A DNA stretch of 64,000 nucleotides. Origin: a virus. The position numbers and the translations under genes were made by a program. Below are positions 20,312 through 30,000 of the stretch, in pieces; positions within the stretch are counted from its first letter, which is position 1; every line of letters starts with the position of its first letter. The notes under the pieces were generated by a model. The model searched no databases and was not told the origin of the DNA. It saw only the letters and a list, made by a program, of their open reading frames with translations. Where the stretch lies: positions 1-64,000 of the IMG/VR virus record IMGVR_UViG_3300028392_000041, one strand, 5' to 3'.

Positions 20312-20840
20312 AAATCGACATGGCAATTGATAATCTAAGAGTTCCGCTAAAATTTGGCTCAACTGAGTGTATCAAATAACTTGGAAATAAAATAAGCATC
20401 CCAGGTTTGGGTGTTATTCTATGATATATTCTTTGAGTTTTTCCAGTATCTTCTGTTCTGGCGTTTAAATCTGGCCAATCAGTTCCACCTCTTGGATCAT
20501 GCAGCAAAATATCTCCACAATTTGATTCTGCTTTAACATAATAAATACCAACCAATTTATGCCCATGATGGTAGTGTGGTGTATCTAATTCGTTTGGAAA
20601 TAATGGTCTTTGTGTTCCATGTATTCCTTTAGGTTTATTTCTCCAATTATACTGAACAGAAATTTCGTCACATATTTCTTTCATTTTGTATTTTAATTTT
20701 TTAATATTATCACCAGCAAGATCGAAATAATTTCCGCTGGTAAATAACATACCTTCTCGTTCAAGAGCAGTATTATCGAGTAAACCTTTTAAATCAAGAA
20801 CCCATAAAGGAGTTCCAAACATTATATTATTCTGCAGCAT
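20304..20840 (-). CDS. 2OG-Fe(II) oxygenase (TIGR02466-like)
   Basis: HYH..GIYYV, GDILLHDPRG, GMLILFPSYLIHSV, RLSIA; paralogue of the adjacent gene. Confidence 0.82.
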   Translation of the reverse strand: MLQNNIMFGTPLWVLDLKGLLDNTALEREGMLFTSGNYFDLAGDNIKKLKYKMKEICDEISVQYNWRNKPKGIHGTQRPLFPNELDTPHYHHGHKLVGIYYVKAESNCGDILLHDPRGGTDWPDLNARTEDTGKTQRIYHRITPKPGMLILFPSYLIHSVEPNFSGTLRLSIAMSIYE

Positions 20841-21519
20841 TACTTTTTTTAATCAGTTCCTGTAAATTATCAATCGCCCAATAATGATTTTCTTCAATTT
20901 CATAAATTAATTCTGAGATTGCAAAACAAACATTATATGTTTTTACTTTAGGATTAATCTTATCTATAATGTCAATGTTAGCCACTACCATTAATGGTCT
21001 TTCGCAATCCATAGAAGAAATAACTTTGGGATCTTTTATGTATTCAATTGCTAAGTTATTTACTTTATCAAGAGCTAATAATTTTTGCTCTAATACCTGT
21101 AATGGTTCGCTCTTTATAATTACCAATTCGGGTGGCATTTCATGTAGGATTACAAAATCCATATTTGGTGGACGAACAAAATAAATAAGTTTTCCACGAT
21201 TATATAGAGGACTATGTCCAGCAATTAATGATCCAGAATTTTCCATGTCTGGACATGGACAATTAAATAAATGCTCAAAGGGTAATTGTTTATATGAGTC
21301 TCCATCAATAATTCTGTTTGGAACTAAAAATGCTATCTCTACAGGTTCTTCTTCTGTTCCACGATCACCTTTTACAATGTAATCCAAAAATACACAATCT
21401 TTGTCTTCAACTTGACTTAACACATACTCTGGTGGATCGAGCACCTCAAGAGAAATGACGCATTCTAATTCTTTGGCTGCATCAATAAATTTTTGTAAAT
21501 TTGGGGTAATTGTTGCCAT
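20827..21519 (-). CDS. Hypothetical protein in the modification cluster
   Basis: 230 aa ORF tightly packed between the SPASM gene and the oxygenase; no motif recognised. Confidence 0.6.
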   Translation of the reverse strand: MATITPNLQKFIDAAKELECVISLEVLDPPEYVLSQVEDKDCVFLDYIVKGDRGTEEEPVEIAFLVPNRIIDGDSYKQLPFEHLFNCPCPDMENSGSLIAGHSPLYNRGKLIYFVRPPNMDFVILHEMPPELVIIKSEPLQVLEQKLLALDKVNNLAIEYIKDPKVISSMDCERPLMVVANIDIIDKINPKVKTYNVCFAISELIYEIEENHYWAIDNLQELIKKSNAAE

Positions 21520-21520
21520 C

Positions 21521-22969
21521 TTATGCCTCTACTTTTGATTGTCCGTATACCTGAACATCATCAATTTGAGTAACAATCTCGCTCACCACTTTAATAGGTA
21601 TAACTTTCTTTTTTGTTTTTTCTTTATGCTCGAACTGTGTTCCCCAAATATCTTGTCGTTCCAATGGAAGAACATCATTTTTAATTAGAACAGGAACATA
21701 ACCTCTAGTCATCTTTTCAAACCCTAATGCAAATAAAGCAATATTATCTGAGTATGCATTGTCGCAAGAAACTTCCCATAGTTCTCCATCAAGGAACATA
21801 CAAGAACCTTTACAAATATGTAGGACTGGACATGCTGAACATTCTTTACGATTTCTCCAATGTGTTGCAGTTTTAACAGCTACATTATCATAATCTTCTA
21901 AAGTTCCAGATAAATGACTTTCTCCATTCATACCAGTTTCAACTGGAGAAACATTTTGACAAGTCATAACATTACCACGAAGATCAATGGCTAATGTGTT
22001 TTCTTCATCCATTCCACACTTCTGACCAACAAATTTTGCGTTTCTGTGAGTAAGAACTGATGTAACAAACTGATCAACTTTTGTCGTAATCATTGTAAAA
22101 CCAATATTACCATTATTAGAGTAAATATCATTAAATGATAATTTTCTAAAATCAAAATGTTCTTGTTTTGTGTTTAATGAACTTTGGGCACCATCTGCGT
22201 CATACGCATCAACAATAGTGCCTTCGCCAAGAACAATATTTTCGTCGCCAGTAAAATTAATAAACCAATTATGTATATCTTTACGACTTTGATTTTTTGC
22301 ATTAAGCATAGAGTTAAAACTCATGCGTCCCTGTTTTTTCATAATACGATAAAAATCAAGAACTATTTTTTTCTGTTCTGGATCTTCAAATGGATCTGGA
22401 CCACGAACTGATTGTCCTGGACCATCATGACTTATGGCTACCGAAAATCCCATGTAGTACAGCCATTGACAAATTTCTTTGGTTAAAATAGAACCATTAG
22501 TTATAACACTGAATTTTGGTTCAACTTTCCAATCAGAAAATCTTTCGCGAAGTGCTTCAGCCAATGGTTTTAATGTTTTCCAATAAACAAAAGGTTCGCC
22601 ACCCCAAAATTCAATTTTAAGACCAGCTTGTTCAGAGAAATTTAAAACATCAAGTTTTTCTAAAAAAGCGTCAATATCTTTTTTAGATGTTTCTGGTGCT
22701 CTTTCCACAAATTTTTGCGAACAATAATCGCAAGAATAATTACAAGATAAACCAAGTTGAATCTTCAATAGAGTTATATCTTTAGATTTTTTTATTGGAT
22801 TAGTTTTATCAAATGGCAAAGACTCTTTTCGAGTTTCTGGTTGGCGTTGATCTTCTGGGTATTCTATAACGACACCCTCGTGATTGGTTAAAGTATTAAT
22901 CTCATTGTCGTAGAAGAAAACCTTCTTATCATTATCACCAAGTCGTTCAGCATGAATTTCAAAAATCAT
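21521..22969 (-). CDS. Radical SAM/SPASM-domain maturase
   Basis: CNYSCDYC, FWGGEP, ITNG, ISHDGP; SPASM cysteines KCG...MTC...CSACPVLHICKGSC...SC. Confidence 0.9.
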   Translation of the reverse strand: MIFEIHAERLGDNDKKVFFYDNEINTLTNHEGVVIEYPEDQRQPETRKESLPFDKTNPIKKSKDITLLKIQLGLSCNYSCDYCSQKFVERAPETSKKDIDAFLEKLDVLNFSEQAGLKIEFWGGEPFVYWKTLKPLAEALRERFSDWKVEPKFSVITNGSILTKEICQWLYYMGFSVAISHDGPGQSVRGPDPFEDPEQKKIVLDFYRIMKKQGRMSFNSMLNAKNQSRKDIHNWFINFTGDENIVLGEGTIVDAYDADGAQSSLNTKQEHFDFRKLSFNDIYSNNGNIGFTMITTKVDQFVTSVLTHRNAKFVGQKCGMDEENTLAIDLRGNVMTCQNVSPVETGMNGESHLSGTLEDYDNVAVKTATHWRNRKECSACPVLHICKGSCMFLDGELWEVSCDNAYSDNIALFALGFEKMTRGYVPVLIKNDVLPLERQDIWGTQFEHKEKTKKKVIPIKVVSEIVTQIDDVQVYGQSKVEA

Positions 22970-22993
22970 AGTATTCCCAATTTTATAGTTTAA

Positions 22994-23413
22994 TTACCAG
23001 CAAGCACAATCACAAACAAAACAATTACATTGACATTGACACGCACAATTTACCCATTGATCTTGGTTCTGCGTGCAGTTATATGTAGTGGCACAATTTG
23101 TTCCAGGCTGTAAATATGATTGTGTATCACAGTTTGCGCAATTAATCGTATTACAATTTGAACAGTTATTACATTGAGCAGTACCACCTGTTCCTGGAGC
23201 TATTCCAGTTAAACTTTCTGTACAGTTACCATTGTTACAATTACCATCAGCATTGCGTTGGTAATAATTTAACCCATGAAGACTATTATAGTCTGTTGGA
23301 TTACCCTTAGTGTTATCTTTAATCCAGTCGATGCCAGTCTGCGTGGTTGTTCCGCGACCTGTTTCGTTATTAACATCGCTAGTTGCTATTGCTCCAGATG
23401 CTGGTGTTGTCAT
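22994..23413 (-). CDS. Cys/Asn-rich protein, candidate substrate (precursor) of the adjacent radical SAM enzymes
   Basis: 139 aa with 17 Cys in the C-terminal ~80 aa, 10 of them as NC dipeptides; ends NCACQCQCNCFVCDCACW; N-terminus MTTPASGAIATSDVNNETGR resembles small phage virion-protein N-termini. Confidence 0.7.
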   Translation of the reverse strand: MTTPASGAIATSDVNNETGRGTTTQTGIDWIKDNTKGNPTDYNSLHGLNYYQRNADGNCNNGNCTESLTGIAPGTGGTAQCNNCSNCNTINCANCDTQSYLQPGTNCATTYNCTQNQDQWVNCACQCQCNCFVCDCACW

Positions 23414-23444
23414 GACTTTACCTTGATTGCCTTGTATACAGTAC

Positions 23445-23452
23445 TATTTATA
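23445..23452 (-). promoter_or_regulatory. Perfect T4 late promoter TATAAATA driving the Cys-rich gene and downstream enzymes
   Basis: Exact consensus 32 nt upstream of the ATG at 23413. Confidence 0.8.
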
Positions 23453-24974
23453 ATGCTCCAACCATAGATTTATATTCTAAAAACTTGTTAGAATTTAAGG
23501 ATGGTATATCATATTTTTTTATAGTTTCTTCTTCTGAGAGAGAGTAAATATCTTCCAAAGATATCCCAGTAGATAGGGCTGCAGGAACATAAAAGCCAGA
23601 TATCTTATTCATTGGGTTTCTGAGATCGTTAAACTTATTGGCTATATCTAAACACATACGATAGTTTAATTTTTGAGTTTTTAAATCCCAACAGTATTTT
23701 AAATCTTCTTGGAAGGTATATCCATAAACCTCTGGATTGATACTAAATTCTGAACCATATTTAGAAAGTGGATCTTCTTTTCCATAATTAAACATCATTA
23801 ATGGATAATATAAAATAGATTGTAATGGGTTATCTTCTTCTAAACTCCAAGACAAGAGTTCATTAAAATATGCAAGATTATCGTATGGGAGACCAAGGAT
23901 AAAGCCAGCTTCCATATTAACTTTATTTTCCCATTTTTCGCGAAGCCAATATAATCTATCTTTTACTTTATTTGGATTTAGTCCTTTACCAATTGCTTTA
24001 GCCGATTCTGGTTGCATTGTTTCTAAACCAAAAAAATTACCAACCAATCCCATATCCGTAAGCAAATCAGCTTGATGTGGATATTTGTTAATTAAATCAA
24101 TCCTAAGATAAGTAGAAAATTTTGGTTTAAATGGTAAGGAAGTAAATAGTTTGTGGAGTATTTCTAATTTATCATTATCATCATTAAATGTATCATCAGT
24201 AAAAAAGTAAGTGTCTGTCCCGTGAATTTCCCAAGTCTTAATTAGTTCATCTCGCACTTGTTCTAAATCGCGAACATATGTGCCTTTCTTTTTACCAGTT
24301 AGAGCATATGAACAAAATTTACATTTAAAAATACAGCCACGACCAAGTTCAATTGGTAATGCTTCACCTTTTAAAATTGGATAGTTCCACCAGCGAGTTG
24401 GAATATTTTTTACATCTGGTTCTGGAAATTTGGTAGAGTCAATAATTCTACCAAAAGAATTTAAAGATTTACCTGCCAAGTAATCGGTCAATGCAACTGT
24501 AGATGTATCAGCGTAACCAAGAACATAATGATCAATGTTACGATCTTTCATAAACCATGGGGTTCTTGCACCACCAAAAATTATTTTTGCTTGACTGTTG
24601 GAACGAACGAATTCAAATAATTGTTCTATTTCAGAATAATTTTCTGTATAATACATATCTTCAACATCATTATTACCTCTTGAATCTGCAACTCGTTCTT
24701 TAAATGTTTGATTTGGTCTCTGTCTTTGCCAAAAGAAAGTAGAAGAAAATCCAATCCAAAGAGTTTCTTTGCCAATATGTTTTTTTAAAACATTTAAAAT
24801 TTCTTCAATCGTAAATTTGTTTATGTAATCTAAAACAAATGTAGAATATCCAGCATCTTCTAAAGCTGATGCGAGTCTATATGGACCAAGAGATCTATAA
24901 ACAGAACAACGATCTTCAGAATTCCATGTTCCGCCAGATAATATAATACAGTTAGACAATATATGTCCCTTCAA
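23448..24974 (-). CDS. Radical SAM protein with a B12-binding-like N-terminal domain (class B methyltransferase-like architecture)
   Basis: LGPYRLASAL..AGY, IGFSSTF, IIFGG N-domain; ELGRGCIFKCKFC; FTDDTFND; FGLET; FILGLP. The true start may be a TTG at about 24959. Confidence 0.8.
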   Translation of the reverse strand: MKGHILSNCIILSGGTWNSEDRCSVYRSLGPYRLASALEDAGYSTFVLDYINKFTIEEILNVLKKHIGKETLWIGFSSTFFWQRQRPNQTFKERVADSRGNNDVEDMYYTENYSEIEQLFEFVRSNSQAKIIFGGARTPWFMKDRNIDHYVLGYADTSTVALTDYLAGKSLNSFGRIIDSTKFPEPDVKNIPTRWWNYPILKGEALPIELGRGCIFKCKFCSYALTGKKKGTYVRDLEQVRDELIKTWEIHGTDTYFFTDDTFNDDNDKLEILHKLFTSLPFKPKFSTYLRIDLINKYPHQADLLTDMGLVGNFFGLETMQPESAKAIGKGLNPNKVKDRLYWLREKWENKVNMEAGFILGLPYDNLAYFNELLSWSLEEDNPLQSILYYPLMMFNYGKEDPLSKYGSEFSINPEVYGYTFQEDLKYCWDLKTQKLNYRMCLDIANKFNDLRNPMNKISGFYVPAALSTGISLEDIYSLSEEETIKKYDIPSLNSNKFLEYKSMVGAL

Positions 24975-25533
24975 ATACTAAACAAATTCTTGGTATATCG
25001 CTATTGTGAATACTTACTGCATGTGGAATATCTGGAGAGTGTATAACAAGTCTACCTGTTCTTGATTTGATAGTTGTTATTTTAGATTCATCATACTCAT
25101 AATAGTGTGTATTAAATTTACCACCATTAATGAATAGTAGGTTTGCTCCATCTTCTGGCACTTGGTAATAAAAAATTGCAACGAAGTCTGGTTTCTTTGC
25201 TAAATTTTCATTTATATGAGCGTGAACCAAACCCTCACTATTCTTCATCATTTTATTACACCAAGATTTGGTGTAATTTATTCCAGACGCTTTTGGGTTT
25301 GCTATTAAAACTTTTTCAGTTATCCAGTCTACTAATTTACCTGCTCCTGGCATATTAACAATATCAGACCAGTCGTTTCCAACTGAAGTCAAAACATTTC
25401 CCTGTGCTGAGTCGTATTTAGAACCTTGTTCTCTGTTTATAACTTGTGGGAGTTCTAGTAATAGATTTATACTAGCAGATAATAATGAATTTTGATACAA
25501 CGATGTATCATCACATTGAATAATGTGTAACAT
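24952..25533 (-). CDS. 2OG-Fe(II) oxygenase-like protein
   Basis: SWCN, HAH, AIFYYQVP, GRLVIHSPDIPHAV, RICLVF. Confidence 0.72.
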   Translation of the reverse strand: MLHIIQCDDTSLYQNSLLSASINLLLELPQVINREQGSKYDSAQGNVLTSVGNDWSDIVNMPGAGKLVDWITEKVLIANPKASGINYTKSWCNKMMKNSEGLVHAHINENLAKKPDFVAIFYYQVPEDGANLLFINGGKFNTHYYEYDESKITTIKSRTGRLVIHSPDIPHAVSIHNSDIPRICLVFEGTYIV

Positions 25534-25551
25534 AATATAAACCTCAAAAGA

Positions 25552-26796
25552 TTATTTTAATGCTTGAATCTCTGCTCTCAGTTCTTTAATTGCTTCAATA
25601 ACCAATGGCATCATACGAGCATAATCAACTGTTAAATACTGCGCATCAATCGGAGCTGGACCAACAATTTCTGGTAGTACTGATTCAACTGACTGAGCAG
25701 AAACACCAACTTCTTTCTTAACAGTATATCCTAAATCTTGAGCAGTTTGATTGGCTTCAAAATAGAACCCTTCCAATGAACAGAGTTTGTCCAAAGCATT
25801 TTCAATTTTACCAAGTTTATTTTTTAAGCGATCGTCAGAATAATAACCAGTAATGTTGCCAGTTGCAGTTATATTTCCAGTAACAGCAATTCCATTTGCT
25901 GTAATAGAACCACTTGCAGACAATGATGTTGTATTAATACTACCATTAGCATATAATCCGCCAGTAATAGAAGCTGTTCCAGCTACAGTAGCATTGCCAG
26001 ATAAAACTAATGATGTAATAGAAATTCCTGATGATGCTGGAAGATCAACAGAAATATTTCCACCAACACCACTACCATTAGTAATAACAATACCATTACC
26101 ATTGGTAACAATTGATCGTTGAATAACAGAACCAGCACCAAGACGAACATAGATTCCAGTTGCTGAGTTTGCTGCAGCAATACCTGTTAATTCGTTTGAG
26201 AATGGTTGAACATCAGAACCAAGCTGAAGCCCAAGGTTAGAACGAGCAGCAGAAGCAGTCGCTGAGCCAGTTCCACCATCGGCAATTGCCAAAGCAGTTG
26301 TAAGACCAGAAATTGTTCCGCCAGTAATAGCAACAGCACTTGCTGCCTGTGTTGCGATAGTCCCTAATCCAAGGTTAGAACGAGCAGAAGAAGCAGAAGA
26401 TCCGCCTGTTCCACCATTATTAATAGCAACTGTGCCCGAAACATTGGTTGCGTTTCCACTTAAAGTTCCAGTTACATTACCTGTAACATTACCAGTTAAA
26501 TTCGCAATTACTGTAGTAGCACGAACTGTTCCAGCAAAAAGATCTCCATTAGAATCGCGAAGAGCAATAGTATTTGCCGTTGCTGCAGAGTCAGAACTAT
26601 ATCCATCCAACAAGTCAGCATCTAAACCAGAACCAGTTCCATCAACAGTTTTCAATTTGGTAAGAACATCAGCTGCAGTGTAGGAAGCTGATGGCAAAGC
26701 AAGATTTAACTGTGTATTGATATTATTAAAGTTATCGTCGACCTCTTGGTTTGAGAGAGGACTTCCTTTAATAGTGCGTAGCGTAATTGATGCCAT
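25552..26796 (-). CDS. Tail fibre protein with peptidase S74 chaperone
   Basis: KGSPLSNQEVDDNF, DGTGSGLDADLLDG, repeated GGTG..A..ARSNLGL, YYSDDRLKN...VIEAIKEL. Confidence 0.82.
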   Translation of the reverse strand: MASITLRTIKGSPLSNQEVDDNFNNINTQLNLALPSASYTAADVLTKLKTVDGTGSGLDADLLDGYSSDSAATANTIALRDSNGDLFAGTVRATTVIANLTGNVTGNVTGTLSGNATNVSGTVAINNGGTGGSSASSARSNLGLGTIATQAASAVAITGGTISGLTTALAIADGGTGSATASAARSNLGLQLGSDVQPFSNELTGIAAANSATGIYVRLGAGSVIQRSIVTNGNGIVITNGSGVGGNISVDLPASSGISITSLVLSGNATVAGTASITGGLYANGSINTTSLSASGSITANGIAVTGNITATGNITGYYSDDRLKNKLGKIENALDKLCSLEGFYFEANQTAQDLGYTVKKEVGVSAQSVESVLPEIVGPAPIDAQYLTVDYARMMPLVIEAIKELRAEIQALK

Positions 26797-27035
26797 TAAT
26801 TTTCCTTATTAATCAACTGTTGCAACATAGTTTTTATGTCGTTGATATCATGTTCAAGTCTATTTATCTTTTCGTTCTGGACCTGGATTTGATTAACTCT
26901 ACCAAGCATAATATCCTTATTTCTAAGGTATGTTTCATACTCTGATCTATTTGTATTAACAATCGCATTGGAACCCAAATCCCTTACGAGAGATGGGTTT
27001 CCTTCAACATGTAACATATTTTCCATTATGTGCAA
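26796..27035 (-). CDS. Conserved small T4-like phage protein
   Basis: VEGNPSLVRD..SNAIVN plus a C-terminal coiled coil; typically follows VrlC-type genes. Confidence 0.65.
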   Translation of the reverse strand: MHIMENMLHVEGNPSLVRDLGSNAIVNTNRSEYETYLRNKDIMLGRVNQIQVQNEKINRLEHDINDIKTMLQQLINKEN

Positions 27036-30000
27036 GCAATAACTCTTAGATCTCTAACTCTTGTTACTTCAGAACTGTTAGTTGAAGTAAATACCAATTT
27101 AACAGTAAATGCGTCAAATGCAGTTAAACCAGTTATTGTATAATCAACATCGGTGAACGGAGTATCTCCATACTGAACTTTAGGGAACAATGTATCAGGT
27201 GTTACCAAAACATAGTTAATAGTTGAGTAAGAGTTTTTAGTTCCAACTGGACTTGTTTTATAGTAAACTAACAAATTAGAATATGTTGGAGAATTAACTG
27301 ACATACGAATCTTCAATGTATTAGCAGGACTTGCTAAACTTACTTTCTTAGTAACATATTTACTATGAGTAGAACTACCTCTTGGAGAGATCTCATCAAT
27401 AAAGGTATTTCTAAATACCAAAGTAATATTGTCACCAGCAGCAACGGCAGAAAGAGCATTAGGCATTGTTATAGAAACAGAAGAACCATCAGCAGCAACG
27501 GCAGTTATTAATCCAGTTTGATTATTTCCTGAAGTTCCAGAACCACTAATTGTTACATATTTTCCAACCTGTAAAGTAGCCAATAATCCTTTGGCAGTTG
27601 AGTCGGTCGAAGAAATACCAGTAGTAGTTATAGCAATCTTGTTTTGACTTCCACTATTGATACTTGAAGAAATTAAAGCAATTTGATCTAAATCTCCATA
27701 GTTAACAACAGACTCAGATGGAGAGTTTATAGTATTACTAATCGCGATCAATCCCATTCTGTTACTGTCAATTACTGGAGAAACAGCATCATTTGTAGTG
27801 CTAATTTGTGCCTGAAGTGTAAGAGTTTTTCCAGGAGTTGCCATCAAACTTTGATTGGATGTTGATGCGATAAGTCTTGGGGTTGACCAATAATTGTTAC
27901 TATTAATTGCCACTGCGTTAGCAAGACCATTTGTAAGCGAGTCTAGTGTATATGGAGATTGTGTATTAGGAGTATCATTAATAGATTCACCGCTTGTGGT
28001 TTGCATATAGAATACTGTACTAGTATCAGCAAAATCTTGATACTGCGCTTGTGGTTGAGCAGCATTATATTGAATATTACCAATAGCAGTAACTGTATCA
28101 CCACCAGAGTATCCAGTTTTCTTTCCAGTAGTTGTTGTTATGATAACATAAGAGTCGTTATCAATAACTCTATCTACTGTTTTCTGACCATAAATTTCTG
28201 TAACTGGAATACCATTAACGGAAGGAGCGATAGTAAATGCGCCAGTATAAGTAACTGCTGAGTTAACAACTAGAGTTGCTGCAGTATCTCCTGGGGTTCC
28301 ACTTGTTACAGAAGCAATAACACCAATTAATCTTGGAGTTGTTTCAGCTGTATAAAGAACAGCACCTTGACCGCTTGTTAATGTTCCGATATCTGTTCTA
28401 AACACAGTACCAGTACCAGTAACTGCAGTTGTTCCAGTATTTACGGAAATTGTTCCAGATGTTGGAGTATATCCGTAAATATTTCTTGAATCATTATCGG
28501 ATAAGACAGCATATGAAGAAGCAATTAATCCATGATTAGGATGGAATACTTTTAATTTCGCTGAACCAATATTTGTTTCAAACGGATTATTATCTAAAAC
28601 AGTTTTATTAATAACATCATTACTAAACTGAACAGCTCCGATTGTATTTGTTTGGAATACTGCTCTGTTTAAAGTAAACTTCAAATCTTGGTCTTGATTA
28701 GCAGTCCAAGTAGATCCATTCTGAGATTTAAACAGAACACCAGCATATGGTTGTTCGGAAATCATTCGACTAGATCCTGGGATTTGATCTCCCATATTTG
28801 AAATCCACGCTTTGTAGCTATTAGAATCAGAAGCAACAACTAAAGCATACTCTCCCAAATCCTGAACATAAACAGGCGATGGGAATGTAAATCTAGTTGG
28901 AGTATCATAACTTGGAACAATCGTTCCATCTGGCAATGTTACAGTATTTGTGGAAATATTAACTTGTTCAGGATTTAATGTTACTTGTGAAAATGGTAGG
29001 ATTGTTTTTCCTGGAGCACCATTAATAACTTCACGAATCTCAATATGAACAGGAATCCTTTTATCTCTAGTGGCAAAAAATAAATCAACTGAAGTTAAGA
29101 ATGCGCCACCTCTAGATTGAATCTGGAAAGTTTGGGCAAGTGGGTCGTAATAAACGCTACCGCTACCAACTAAACGAGATGTTGTTTGGGTAATAGTTTG
29201 TGTATCAGAAACTTGATTCTGAACTAGAATACCATTTCTAGTAGACATATATGTCGCTTGTTTTGTTTCAAGAACACCTTGCGCATAATATTGACCATTA
29301 CCCTTACTTGTGTAAGTAACATCGTTTGTTGAGACATCAGTTAAAGTAAATTGACGCTGACCAGTACGGAAACGAACTAAGTCTGTAGATGGAATAGTAA
29401 ATAACATCTGAACTTTACCATTCACATCAGTATAAATTGAACTACCAGCTGATTTAATAGTACCAACTGTAATAGCAGTTCCAGTTACTAAACTTACACT
29501 TCCTCTGATAGATTCGCCTGTAGCAAATGTTCCTTTAATATTAACAACATAGATATTTCTTGCTGTAACATTTCCAGAATCGTCCAAGATTTTTTCTGTT
29601 CCAACAACAACAGCAGTTGCTCCAGAAGCAGTAATTCCACTAGCTCCAATTCCAGTAACAACATCTCCAGTATTTAAACAAATATTTGTATCGCCATTAA
29701 TTAAACGAGCTGTATCTGTTGTATTTGCTCCGACATTTGATGTAGAATCAAAATCTACAGCACCACTATAAGTGATCTTAGTGGCAGGAGTGCAATAAGC
29801 ATCAACGGCAACATTATCAAAGAATGGATAAAATTTAGTATATGGTTTTAATCCACTAGTTTGAATTAAAATATTTCTTGAACGAATATATGGAATAACT
29901 GCAGTAGAAAGAACACGATCGTTTACTAACTGTGTATCAATCTTAGCAACAACTTTTGTATTAACACCTGTTCTAGATTGACCAACTACAGTGGCAGTTG

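Noticed and set aside
21521-22969. Radical SAM/SPASM as PqqE for the phage PqqA
   Set aside because: It lies about 31 kb away, no PqqD/B/C is nearby, its motifs look anSME/ranthipeptide-maturase-like, and it has its own adjacent Cys-rich candidate substrate
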